This document shows, in pieces, positions 9,131-18,552 of a stretch of 64,000 nt of DNA (position 1 is its first letter; every line of letters begins with the position of its first letter). Under the pieces are notes generated by a model, which did no database searches, was not told where the DNA came from, and saw only the letters and a list, made by a program, of their open reading frames with translations. The stretch is from a virus (taxonomy: Duplodnaviria > Caudoviricetes): positions 1 through 64,000 of the IMG/VR virus record IMGVR_UViG_2834917809_000007; one strand, written 5' to 3'. The position numbers and the translations under genes are program-made.

Positions 9131-10902
9131 GCTGCTTTCTTAAGCCCCCATTTGGATTTTGGCTTGTTCTCATAGTTGAGCGGTTCGTTATGCAGGGCGT
9201 GAGTGATCGCCCAGAACGCTTCGGCGTGTCCGGTTTCCTGCGTGCGGTCTGCGACAAACGTCATGGCATTGCCGCTCTGCGTACTGGTGCGGCGAATGGC
9301 CATAAAACTGGCCGGGATCTCTTTCTGGTCTTTGTCCCACTCAATACGGCTGCTCTCCACCACGTCGCAGGCTTTGAGTACCAGCTGGTCTTTGGTGTTA
9401 CGGTCATAGCGAATCGGTTTGGCCACGCGCAGGGCGAAGTGCTGGATATTTTCAAACACCCCTTGGCCTATCCCGGTAACGTCCACGCCGATATAGGTGA
9501 AGTTGTACTGCTGGAAGAGTTTCTCGATCTGCTTTGCCTGCCAGCGGAAGTTCATGCCTTTCCAGCTGAACACCCGCAGCACGCGGTATTTTTCCGGTGC
9601 TAGAATGGGTGGGGCAACGATGACGAAACACGACAGGTCGCCGCTGCGCGCAGGGTCGAATCCGCCCCATACCGGGCGATCACCAAATGGCCGGGCGGCG
9701 TCCGGGTTGTGATCCTGCCAGGTATCCGTTTCCACGGCGCAGGCCTCCAGGTCGGAGAACCTGAAAACGCTGTCTTTGCTGTCAACGAATACGCACATAT
9801 ACAGCATGCTGAACGTGGTTTCGTTGTACCGGTTGCGCAGGCGGTCAATGCTGGCCAGGTTAAACCCGCCGTTGATCGCATCTTCCAGCGTGATGACGTA
9901 GCGCCACTGGCCATCGGGGCAGGAGCGGCCACCGTCGCGCAGTTCGTCGAAAGTCGGGAACGGCACATGGGCGCGTTTCTTGCTGCCCTGTTTCCACTCT
10001 TCGCCCGTCCAGAACGGGTACGCCTGGTGCGTTTTGGCAGATGGCGTGGAAAAGTAGGTGGTGCGCCATTTGTCGTGGGTGGCCATTGCGGAAGCGACTT
10101 CGTTCAGCTTCGCAAAGTTGGGCACCCAGAAATATTCATCACAGTACAGGTGGCCGCTGTAGGACTGAGCGGTGTTTTTATTGGTGGAGAGGAAGCGCAG
10201 CTCTGCGCCGTTGCTCAGGCGGATCGGGTTGCCCGTCAGGGTGATGCCAAAATACTGCTGCGCAATGTTGACGATATAGCTGCGGAACACCTCGGCCTGC
10301 GGGCGTGACGCTGACAGGAAAATTTGCGGATCGCCCGTCATAACGGCATTTTCAAACGCCTCATACGCGAAATACCAGGTCGCCCCGATCTGGCGGCTTT
10401 TCAGGATATTACGGATTTGCTGGGCGATATTCAGGCGCAAATGCTTCTGATAGCCGAACAGGTTCTCTTCTGCAAAGGCGTCGAAATCTTCCTGCGTCAG
10501 CCCCGAAATATCATTCTTACGGTACTGGCGCTTTTTCCGTGGCTGGTCGTCGTCCTCATCGCCGCCGCCCTGGTCGCGGCGTTTACCCTGGCTTTCTGCC
10601 AGCTTCTCTTTGTGCTTATTACTCTGGGCGCGCAGCTTCGTGGCGTGAGCAATCAGCATGTCCATTTCTTTGAGTTCGAGATCGGTCTTTTCGTTTCGCC
10701 CGGCAAGCAGCTGGTAGCGGCGCTCAATCGCTTCCTCGGTGCTTTCATGGCTTAGCAGGTCAGCCCATTGGTATTTCTCCGCCCAGTAGTAAATGATCCG
10801 CGCATTCGGCAGATTTAAATCAGCAGCAATTTCTTTTGGGGTGGCACGGCGCAGATAAAGTGCGCGGGCAACGCCTTTTAATTCTTCGGAGTATTTAGCC
10901 AT
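9127..10902 (-). CDS. Terminase large (ATPase) subunit, gpP-like
   Basis: KSRQIGATWYFA, LYCDEYFW, GFDPARSGD. Confidence 0.96.
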   Translation of the reverse strand: MAKYSEELKGVARALYLRRATPKEIAADLNLPNARIIYYWAEKYQWADLLSHESTEEAIERRYQLLAGRNEKTDLELKEMDMLIAHATKLRAQSNKHKEKLAESQGKRRDQGGGDEDDDQPRKKRQYRKNDISGLTQEDFDAFAEENLFGYQKHLRLNIAQQIRNILKSRQIGATWYFAYEAFENAVMTGDPQIFLSASRPQAEVFRSYIVNIAQQYFGITLTGNPIRLSNGAELRFLSTNKNTAQSYSGHLYCDEYFWVPNFAKLNEVASAMATHDKWRTTYFSTPSAKTHQAYPFWTGEEWKQGSKKRAHVPFPTFDELRDGGRSCPDGQWRYVITLEDAINGGFNLASIDRLRNRYNETTFSMLYMCVFVDSKDSVFRFSDLEACAVETDTWQDHNPDAARPFGDRPVWGGFDPARSGDLSCFVIVAPPILAPEKYRVLRVFSWKGMNFRWQAKQIEKLFQQYNFTYIGVDVTGIGQGVFENIQHFALRVAKPIRYDRNTKDQLVLKACDVVESSRIEWDKDQKEIPASFMAIRRTSTQSGNAMTFVADRTQETGHAEAFWAITHALHNEPLNYENKPKSKWGLKKAA

Positions 10903-11059
10903 AGATTTAATTATGCCGTGGCTGATTATAAAAAACGGCGGCTTTAATTCGCAGGTGTTCGTTTATTACCGCTTATCCGAACTGACCAGAATTAATCTGG
11001 ATGATGCCCGGTTATTTATTCGTAATAATCATCTGGCAATTACGGCGAGGCGAGGGGAT

Positions 11060-11869
11060 ATGTCCCATTTAAAAACTGACTGGCTGTGTATTGCCACCGA
11101 AGGGGATACGGTCGATGAGCGGCAGATTTATCGCGAGTGGATCATTGATATGGGGGAAACCTATAACGCTGAACACTACGGCGCAATGATTTGGCCGGAG
11201 CATTCACGGGACTGGGGAAATTGTGGCGAAGTTGCAGCGGCCATGTGGCAGGACGGAGAGGACGGACTTGCCAGGTTATACGCAAAGCTCACCCCCAATC
11301 TGAACCTGATTCATGCGAACCGCGAAGGCCAGATGGTTTATTTCTCCATTGAACCGGAAGAGAACTGGCGCGGCAGCGGCCGGACGTATCTCAAGGGGCT
11401 GGCGGTGACTGACCGCCCGGCAAGTGTTGGCACTACACGTCTGCGTTTTTCAGAAAAACGCAAGTTAACGAAGCAGGGATATTACGCGTGCGCAATGTCC
11501 TCTGATGGAAAAATTACGCAGGAAAAGAAAATGAAAACTCCGTGGCAAAAGCTGTTCAATATTGAACCCAAGAAAAAATTTGAAGAAGTGCCGGGCGATG
11601 ACCCGACCAGTGACGACAAATTACAGGCTCTGGCAGAGGCGCTTAATGGTATTGAAGAGCGTCTGGCAAAAGTAGAAGAACAAATTGCAGCAGCGCAGGG
11701 CGATATTGAAACCATTGCGGAAGTGGTCGATACCGAAGAATTTGCCAGCCTGCGCGATAGCCTGCCAACCATTCTGGCAAATTTCAGCAAGCTGGATAAA
11801 AAAGTGACCACGCTGCCGCAGCGTCAGTTCGGCGATAAAAATAAAGGTAAAGGATTCAAGTTCCTTTAA
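11060..11869 (+). CDS. Capsid scaffold/protease, gpO-like
   Basis: IATEGDTVD.R, YL.GLAVTDRPASVGT; GAGGGG RBS before 11060. Confidence 0.9.
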   Translation: MSHLKTDWLCIATEGDTVDERQIYREWIIDMGETYNAEHYGAMIWPEHSRDWGNCGEVAAAMWQDGEDGLARLYAKLTPNLNLIHANREGQMVYFSIEPEENWRGSGRTYLKGLAVTDRPASVGTTRLRFSEKRKLTKQGYYACAMSSDGKITQEKKMKTPWQKLFNIEPKKKFEEVPGDDPTSDDKLQALAEALNGIEERLAKVEEQIAAAQGDIETIAEVVDTEEFASLRDSLPTILANFSKLDKKVTTLPQRQFGDKNKGKGFKFL

Positions 11870-11922
11870 TCGCTTTTAAATAAACCTTTTCATTATTAAT
11901 CGCGTCAACGCGGGGAATATCT

Positions 11923-12945
11923 ATGTATTTAAATGAACGTGCGCGCCAGTTGATGAATGCGTTTTGCGCGGGCATGGCGAAGGATTACGGCGTTGCTGAT
12001 ACCGAACGTTATTTCGCCATGACCGACCCGAAAGAAACTGCATTGCGCCTGGCTCTGCTGGAATCTGTTGAGCTTCTCAACATGATTACCTGCCTGGACG
12101 TGGATCAGCTTTCCGGCCAGGTGATTAACGTGGGTGCATCAGGTCTGTATACCGGGCGCAGTGAATCCGGGCGCTTTACCCGCCGTGTGGGTGTGGACGG
12201 TAACGACTATAAGCTGGTTGAAACCGACTCCTGTGCGGCGTTGCGCTGGGATCTGCTTTCTGTCTGGGCTAACTCCGGCAAGACCGAAGATGAGTTCTTC
12301 CAGCTGGTACAGACCTTCTCTAACCAGGCCTTTGCGCTGGATATGCTGCGTATCGGCTTTAACGGTAAGAGCGTCGAAAAAACCACGAATTACGAAACTA
12401 ACCCGAACGGTGAGGACGTAAACAAAGGCTGGCACGCCATCATGAAAGATTGGGATAGTGGCAAGCAAATCATCACCGATCCGGTCACGCTGGATGAGCA
12501 GGGTGATTACCGTTCCCTGGATGCGATGGCGTCCGATCTCATCAACACCAAAATTCCGCAGCAGTTCCGTACTGACCCGCGTCTGGTGGTGCTGGCTGGC
12601 GCTGACCTGGTGGCGGCTGAGCAGTTCCGTCTTTACCAGGGCGCTGACAAGCCAACGGAAAAAATCGCCGCGCAGATGCTGGGTAACACCATCGCCGGGC
12701 GTCCTGCAATGGTGCCGCCGTTTATGCCAGGTAAGCGTATGGTCGTGACCATGCTGCCTAACCTGCATATCTACACCCAGCGCAATACACGTCAGCGTAA
12801 AGCTGAGTTCGTGGATGACCGCAAGCAGTACGAAAACAAATACCTGCGAAACGAAGGTTACGCCGTCGAAGTACCGGAGCTGTATGCGGCCATTGACGAA
12901 AACGCCGTGACCATCGGTGAGCTGGCCGAGCCTTCGGAGGGCTGA
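11923..12945 (+). CDS. Major capsid protein (P2 family)
   Basis: ALDMLRIGFNG, VNKGW, NL.IYTQ...R.R. Confidence 0.95.
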   Translation: MYLNERARQLMNAFCAGMAKDYGVADTERYFAMTDPKETALRLALLESVELLNMITCLDVDQLSGQVINVGASGLYTGRSESGRFTRRVGVDGNDYKLVETDSCAALRWDLLSVWANSGKTEDEFFQLVQTFSNQAFALDMLRIGFNGKSVEKTTNYETNPNGEDVNKGWHAIMKDWDSGKQIITDPVTLDEQGDYRSLDAMASDLINTKIPQQFRTDPRLVVLAGADLVAAEQFRLYQGADKPTEKIAAQMLGNTIAGRPAMVPPFMPGKRMVVTMLPNLHIYTQRNTRQRKAEFVDDRKQYENKYLRNEGYAVEVPELYAAIDENAVTIGELAEPSEG

Positions 12946-12948
12946 TAA

Positions 12949-13653
12949 ATGGCACTGTCACCTGCGCAACGTCACAACCAGAAGATTGCCGTACAAAAGC
13001 AGCTGGAGCGCCGCCAGGCCGTCGAAAGTCTCGACAGTCTGCATGTGCAAATCCAGGCGCTGAATCAGGATGTGGCCTGGCTTCGTACCCTGCCGACGAT
13101 ATCCGACCGGGTTGCGTATAAGCGTGACGTGCTGCTGCCGAAGTGGATGCCGACAGTAACAGCGTATCTGGATAGCGGCAGCATATTTGCTCACCCGGTC
13201 TTTGCCTGGTGCGTGATCTGGCTTTTTGATGCCGGGGATCTGGATAAGGCGCTGGAGCTGGCAGATATCGCCATTGCGCAGCAGCAGCCGACGCCGGACA
13301 ACATCCGCAGCACCTTCCCGGCATTCGTGGCCGATACGGTGATGGCCTGGGCGGAAAGCACGGCGGCGGCGGGGGAAAGTATCGAGCCGTATTTCTCACG
13401 CACCTTTGAGAACGTCACCACGCGCTGGCGGCTGCATGAGGAAATCACAGCGAAGTGGTTCAAGTTCGCCGGGCTGCTGCTGCTGCGTGATGACAGTGGC
13501 CAGCCCCGCGCCACGGCGGTGGAGGACGCGGAAACGCTGGAAAAAGCCGCTGTGCTGCTGGCGACGGCAGAAAAACTTTATAAGCGGGTGGGTGTGGGGA
13601 CGATGCGAAACCAGATTGCGGCGCGCCTGCGCAGCCTGGCAAAAGAACAATAA
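12949..13653 (+). CDS. Terminase small (endonuclease) subunit, gpM-like
   Basis: MALSPAQRH, IW.FDAGD...AL; position after capsid. Confidence 0.9.
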   Translation: MALSPAQRHNQKIAVQKQLERRQAVESLDSLHVQIQALNQDVAWLRTLPTISDRVAYKRDVLLPKWMPTVTAYLDSGSIFAHPVFAWCVIWLFDAGDLDKALELADIAIAQQQPTPDNIRSTFPAFVADTVMAWAESTAAAGESIEPYFSRTFENVTTRWRLHEEITAKWFKFAGLLLLRDDSGQPRATAVEDAETLEKAAVLLATAEKLYKRVGVGTMRNQIAARLRSLAKEQ

Positions 13654-13746
13654 CGACTACCGCAAGCCGGGCGGGCGCGGATGAGGGCAACGCACGATGT
13701 GCTTTGTGCCGTGGACTCCGGTCAGCCCGCCTTTTTCGGGGGAGCC

Positions 13747-14199
13747 ATGTTTAGCGGGAATCCGATTAACTACAACGATGAGCCGTTGACCAATAACGGC
13801 TTCTGGCCAGACCTGAACCTTAAAGATTTTCAGGCGGCGCGCGCCATTCCGCCCGATATGGACGCGGGAACCGTTGGCCAGGCATTACTGGCGGCGGTAA
13901 CGGAGGTGAATGCGGGGCTGGCCTCTGTGGAAGAAAAGCACCGGGCGGCAGGTCATGCCACTGCGGCCAGTGTGCCGGGCGTCAGCCTCGGCGGGATTAA
14001 CGGGCTTTGTGCGCAGTACACCAAAGCGGTGTTTGCCCGCGCTAAGGCCGATTTGCTGGGAGAGTTCGCCACCATTGGGCGGCGTGACAGCCACCCGGGG
14101 CAGGAAAGCGAGGAAACCCGCGCCGGGTTACTGGCGGAGTCCTCTGTCACCATCCGGCTGATCAAAGGGCTGAAACGGGTAACGGTGAGCAAGGTATGA
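13747..14199 (+). CDS. Head completion protein, gpL-like
   Basis: NNGFWPDL...F, Y.KAVFARAKADL; GGAG RBS. Confidence 0.88.
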   Translation: MFSGNPINYNDEPLTNNGFWPDLNLKDFQAARAIPPDMDAGTVGQALLAAVTEVNAGLASVEEKHRAAGHATAASVPGVSLGGINGLCAQYTKAVFARAKADLLGEFATIGRRDSHPGQESEETRAGLLAESSVTIRLIKGLKRVTVSKV

Positions 14200-14699
14200 G
14201 TGAAACACAGCTGGAATCACTGACCGCCTTTTTCCGGGCAAATGTGCCTGAGCGCGCCATGCAGGGCTTTACCAGCCTGATTGATGAAATGCGCATTATT
14301 CCGGCCGCAAAAGATTTGGGGCTGGGGCAGTACCGCCAGGCGGTGATTCGCTACAGCGCGCAGCTGGCCTGGGAGCGTTTCCCGTACCGGCTTTGCCCGC
14401 CACAGCTGCTGGTTTCGCTGATGGAAGCCTGGCTGGATGACTACGGCAGCACCGTTATGGATGAGCTGGGTATCACGGATGCCGAACCGGACTGGGATGT
14501 ATCCCCGGAGGATGAGGAAACCGCCGTGGTGGTTCTGACCATGCCGCTGGTTGAAGAACTGGTGATCCGTCAGGACGAAAACGGTGCTATCCCGTGGCGC
14601 GGTGAACGCTGGTCACTCGTTGACCCGGAGGTGCTGACGGCATTCAGTGCGACGGTATTCAGTACCGATCCCGCTGGCGCACCTGCGGGTGACGCCTGA
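14196..14699 (+). CDS. Tail completion protein (gpR-like)
   Basis: Y.A...WERFPY motif; ATGA coupling. Confidence 0.75.
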   Translation: MSETQLESLTAFFRANVPERAMQGFTSLIDEMRIIPAAKDLGLGQYRQAVIRYSAQLAWERFPYRLCPPQLLVSLMEAWLDDYGSTVMDELGITDAEPDWDVSPEDEETAVVVLTMPLVEELVIRQDENGAIPWRGERWSLVDPEVLTAFSATVFSTDPAGAPAGDA

Positions 14700-15406
14700 T
14701 GTTTGCAGGCGGTGAGCTGAATAAAAAGCAGCTGGCCGAACTGCGGCAGGCGCTGGCCAGCCTGGAACTGCCACCCAAAAAACGCCAGCGGCTGCTGTGG
14801 CGCCTGGCGAAATACGGACTGATTGCCGCGGCTAAGCGCAACGTCCGTAACCAGCAGTCACCGGATGGCCAGCCGTGGCCGGGGCGCAGGACAAAGCGCA
14901 GGGGGGAGATGCTGCGCAACATGCCGAAGCTGCTGCACATCCGGGAAATGCCGGAAATCGCCGCCGTTAGGGTGTATCTGCAGGGGGGTGGATACCGCAA
15001 CGGTGAAACACCGGTTCCGGCCGGGGTGGTGGGTTACGCGCAGCAGAACGGCATGACGATGCGCGTAAACCGCAGCGGTAAGGCGAGGGGGAGTAACAGC
15101 GGCAAGATGGCCACGGTGTCGCAGGCCAAAAAACTGCGGTCACTGGGTTATCAGGTGAAGCGGGGCAAGCGGATGGTTAAGCCCACGTACAAGCAGCTGA
15201 TGGAAACCATGAGTTACGACCAGGCCGGATTGCTGATCCGCAAGCTGCTCGGCAAAACGGTGAAAAACAGCTGGACGATTGATCTGCCCGCCCGTGCCTT
15301 CCTCGGCATGAGCGATGAAGAATTTAACAAGGCGCTGGCGCGCCAGCTGCAGGCCATCGGCTTTGGCTGGGACGTGAACGCGCAGGACATAAGGGGTAAT
15401 TCATGA
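14699..15406 (+). CDS. Virion morphogenesis protein (gpS-like)
   Basis: RNQQSPDGQPW..R, LPARAFLG. Confidence 0.85.
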   Translation: MFAGGELNKKQLAELRQALASLELPPKKRQRLLWRLAKYGLIAAAKRNVRNQQSPDGQPWPGRRTKRRGEMLRNMPKLLHIREMPEIAAVRVYLQGGGYRNGETPVPAGVVGYAQQNGMTMRVNRSGKARGSNSGKMATVSQAKKLRSLGYQVKRGKRMVKPTYKQLMETMSYDQAGLLIRKLLGKTVKNSWTIDLPARAFLGMSDEEFNKALARQLQAIGFGWDVNAQDIRGNS

Positions 15407-16530
15407 CCTGGCCGTTAGTGGATGTGAACCAGGTAAATCAGTTGCTGGGCGAGGTGACGGAAGTCGAACGCGCGGCGCTGTTTATCGGTAAAGGTACGAC
15501 CAACACCGGGAAAACTATCGCGGTGAACGCGCAGACGGACTTTGATGCTGTGCTGGGTGACGGCGATTCGCCGCTGAAAAGCGATCTGATCGCAGCCCAG
15601 GCGAACGCCGGGCAGAACTGGTGGGCGTTTGTTCACGCCCTGCCGGCAGACGCGGCAGAAAAAGACTGGGTGGACGCCGTTATTGCGGCGCAGGTTTCCT
15701 GTTCGGTTGAAGGTGTCGTGCTCTGCGATGACGTCAGTACAAAGGCAACGATCAACGATGCCGCCACGCTGCGCTCAAACCTGATCGCGAAGTTTGGCCG
15801 CTGGGTGTGGTTCGCGCTGGCCGTCGAAGGATTCCAGCCTGATGAAGACCAGGCGGAATATCTGGTGCGACTCTCGGCACTTCAGGCAGGCATTGCAGAA
15901 AAGGCGGTGCAGCTGGTTCCCCGTATCTGGGGCAACGAGCCGGGTGTACTGGCAGGACGGCTGTGTAACCGTGCCGTCACTATTGCCGACAGCCCGGCGC
16001 GCGTCAAAACCGGGGCACTGCTGAGTCTGGGCAGTGACGATCTGCCGAAGGATGGCACGGGCAAAACGATTGAGATTGCGACGCTGCAGGCGCTGGAATC
16101 GCAGCGTTTCAGCGTGGCGATGTGGTATCCCGATTATGACGGCATCTACTGGTCTGACGGACGCACGCTGGACGTTGAAGGCGGTGATTACCAGTCGATT
16201 GAAACGGTACGTATTGCTGATAAAGCGGCGCGCCGGGTTCGTCTGCTGGCCATCGGCAAAATCGGGGATCGTTCGCTGAACAGCACGCCGGGCAGTATTG
16301 CCGCGCACCAGACGCTTTTTGCGCGCCCGCTGCGGGAAATGTCGAAAGCCGCTGAGATTAACGGGGTGTTGTTCCCTGGCGAAACGAAGCCACCGCAGGA
16401 CGGGGATGTGCAGATCGTCTGGAAAACGAAAAAGCACGTCGAGATTTACATCGTGGTTCGCACGTATGAAGTGCCGCTGCAAATCACGATCAGCCTGCTG
16501 CTTGACCAGAACACGGAGGCCAGCGCATGA
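15403..16530 (+). CDS. Tail sheath protein (HP1 type, DUF2586-like)
   Basis: MTWP.V.VNQVN, GRLCNRAVTIADSP.RV.TG. Confidence 0.85.
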   Translation: MTWPLVDVNQVNQLLGEVTEVERAALFIGKGTTNTGKTIAVNAQTDFDAVLGDGDSPLKSDLIAAQANAGQNWWAFVHALPADAAEKDWVDAVIAAQVSCSVEGVVLCDDVSTKATINDAATLRSNLIAKFGRWVWFALAVEGFQPDEDQAEYLVRLSALQAGIAEKAVQLVPRIWGNEPGVLAGRLCNRAVTIADSPARVKTGALLSLGSDDLPKDGTGKTIEIATLQALESQRFSVAMWYPDYDGIYWSDGRTLDVEGGDYQSIETVRIADKAARRVRLLAIGKIGDRSLNSTPGSIAAHQTLFARPLREMSKAAEINGVLFPGETKPPQDGDVQIVWKTKKHVEIYIVVRTYEVPLQITISLLLDQNTEASA

Positions 16531-16982
16531 GCAAGCGTATTTCAGGCATGTCGTTTGACGTCTATGTGGACGGCGATCTGGTACATGTCGAGGCGTGTAC
16601 CCTGGACATTACCGACAACACGACAGCGGCCACCACGCACGGCGTGCCGGATGGTTACGTTGATGGTGACGTGACGGCAGAGGGTGAGCTTGAGCTGGCA
16701 ACAAAGGCCGTTGCGGTGCTCAAGGCGCGGGCGCAGCAGAACGGATCATGGCGCGGTATCCCGCCGCTCGATCTCCTGTTCTACGCGAAAGCGGGCGATG
16801 AAGAAATCAAGGTTGAGGCGTTCGGCTGCAAACTGAATCTCTCCAGCCTGCTGAACATCGACCCCAAAGGAGGCGCGGTATCCACACGCAAATTCAAGTT
16901 TGTCGTGACTGACCCGCGTTTTATCAACATCGACGGCATCCCGTATCTGGAAGCGGAAGCCACGGAAAACCTGATCGGTTAA
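16527..16982 (+). CDS. Tail tube protein (HP1 type, DUF2597-like)
   Basis: RISGMSFD, GVPDGYVDGDV.AEGE. Confidence 0.85.
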   Translation: MSKRISGMSFDVYVDGDLVHVEACTLDITDNTTAATTHGVPDGYVDGDVTAEGELELATKAVAVLKARAQQNGSWRGIPPLDLLFYAKAGDEEIKVEAFGCKLNLSSLLNIDPKGGAVSTRKFKFVVTDPRFINIDGIPYLEAEATENLIG

Positions 16983-16990
16983 GGCGCAGT

Positions 16991-17284
16991 ATGCAGGAAC
17001 ATGAAAAAAGCCTTCTCTCATTGCTGTTAATCGGTGCCCTGATTGCCATTGGCAAGGTGCTGTCTGGCAATGCCCCTATCACGCTGCGCCATTTTGCAGG
17101 GCGCGTGATCCTGGGCAGCTTTGTGTCGGTGATGGCCGGGGCTGCGCTGATTCAAATCCCGAACGCCAATCCCCTGGCGATTCAGGGGCTGGGGGCGGCG
17201 CTGGGTATTGCCGGTTATCAGGCAGTTGAATTGTGGTTGCGCCGTCGCGCAGCCGGGAAAAAAGAACGGAGCGAAGCACAATGA
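16991..17284 (+). CDS. Holin (HP1 family)
   Basis: 97 aa, three hydrophobic segments, basic C-terminus, upstream of endolysin. Confidence 0.85.
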   Translation: MQEHEKSLLSLLLIGALIAIGKVLSGNAPITLRHFAGRVILGSFVSVMAGAALIQIPNANPLAIQGLGAALGIAGYQAVELWLRRRAAGKKERSEAQ

Positions 17285-17622
17285 CACTGAGCGAAAAGCA
17301 GCAGCTGTTCACCATCATGGTGGCCAATCTGGTGTTGTGGGCTGAAACCCACGGATACCGCCTGACGTATGGCGAAGCGTACCGCACGCCGGAACAGGCA
17401 GCACTGAACGCGAAAAAGGGCAGCGGGATCGCGAACAGCCTGCACACGCAGCGCCTGGCCGTGGACTTTAACCTGTTCATTAACGGCCAGTATCAGGACA
17501 AAAGCGAAGCGTATCTGCCGCTGGGTGAATACTGGGAGTCGCTGGGCGGCAGCTGGGGCGGGCGATTCAAGTCCAACCCGGACGGCAACCATTTCAGCCT
17601 GGAACACAACGGGGTGCGCTGA
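17281..17622 (+). CDS. Endolysin, M15 family peptidase
   Basis: SLHTQRLAVDF and DGNHF zinc-peptidase motifs. Confidence 0.88.
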   Translation: MTLSEKQQLFTIMVANLVLWAETHGYRLTYGEAYRTPEQAALNAKKGSGIANSLHTQRLAVDFNLFINGQYQDKSEAYLPLGEYWESLGGSWGGRFKSNPDGNHFSLEHNGVR

Positions 17623-17987
17623 TGACAACTGGCCAGTGGTTGATTGTGGTTGCGGTGGCGTTCGTCTGGGGCTGGCTGACCGCTGACTGGCGGCGCGACA
17701 GTCTGGAATTATCGATCTCCACGGCGGCAACGGCGGCGGCAAATAAAACCCGCGCCACCACGCAGACCATTGCCAGCGAGTCAGCGCGCAGTCTGGAAAA
17801 CAAACTGGAGGCGCTGGCCAATGCGCAACCGCGTGAAATTCGCACCGAAATGGTTAAGCCGGTTTTTACTAACGTGTGCGTGTCTGATGAGTTTGTCAGC
17901 ATGTTCAACGAAGCCGCAGCCAGAGCAGGGCGTGCCCTATCAGGAAAACCTCAAAACAAAGTGCCCGGAGGAACTGCCGCGCCTTGA
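17622..17987 (+). CDS. Inner-membrane spanin (Rz-like)
   Basis: N-terminal TM then helical periplasmic part, after endolysin. Confidence 0.7.
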   Translation: MTTGQWLIVVAVAFVWGWLTADWRRDSLELSISTAATAAANKTRATTQTIASESARSLENKLEALANAQPREIRTEMVKPVFTNVCVSDEFVSMFNEAAARAGRALSGKPQNKVPGGTAAP

Positions 17988-18120
17988 GGGAGTCACCGGG
18001 GCATTAGTCGCCGGGGCGTTACTTAATTATCAGGATTTATATTCCGTCTGCGCGGCGCGACATAACACGCTCGTGGATGAAATTAACCAGAGAGAAAGAT
18101 TAAATGAGCGAGAAAATTAA
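17821..18120 (+). CDS. Outer-membrane spanin lipoprotein (Rz1-like)
   Basis: LSAC lipobox; overlaps i-spanin in another frame; start uncertain. Confidence 0.7.
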   Translation: MRNRVKFAPKWLSRFLLTCACLMSLSACSTKPQPEQGVPYQENLKTKCPEELPRLEGVTGALVAGALLNYQDLYSVCAARHNTLVDEINQRERLNEREN

Positions 18121-18364
18121 ATTAGCTATTGCAGGTGTTGAGCTGTTATTTGAGCCAAACGTGACCGCCTATAACAAGTTCATTAATGATATGTCGATGG
18201 ATAACAAAGTCGCCCCGGCGGTCAGTTATTTAAAACGTATCGTGGCAACGGAAAGTAAAGCTGCGCTGGAAGACTTTATTACCCGTCCGGGTGTACCGCT
18301 GCAGCTGGTTGCGAAAGTGAATGAAATTTACGCGCCAGAGCTGGAAATCGAAGTAAAAAACTAA
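18104..18364 (+). CDS. Tail assembly chaperone (short form)
   Basis: Upstream of tape measure; ends GTA AAA AAC TAA. Confidence 0.8.
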   Translation: MSEKIKLAIAGVELLFEPNVTAYNKFINDMSMDNKVAPAVSYLKRIVATESKAALEDFITRPGVPLQLVAKVNEIYAPELEIEVKN

Positions 18365-18552
18365 CGGCGCGAGTCCATGCGATTGAATCAAATGGACTCA
18401 GCCAGTACGTAATATTACGCCGCCATTATCTCCCGCACGGGGACGATAATATTGATGATATCGCCGCTGCCGTCTGGCTGGATAACCGCTACTGGGAAAA
18501 TATGAAAGTAGCGGTAGCCAATGGAATAGGAACCGCGTTTAAAGGCTCATAA
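18355..18552 (+). CDS. -1 frameshift extension of tail chaperone (lambda G/GT-like)
   Basis: Slippery A AAA AAC at 18355-18361; -1 frame open (LTARVHAIES...KGS) to TAA 18550-18552, which overlaps the tape-measure ATG. Confidence 0.85.
   Translation, partial: KKLTARVHAIESNGLSQYVILRRHYLPHGDDNIDDIAAAVWLDNRYWENMKVAVANGIGTAFKGS

Noticed and set aside
11044-11058. GGCGAGGCGAGGGGA as a P2-like cos
   Set aside because: It coincides with the gpO ribosome-binding site and lacks the rest of the cos context
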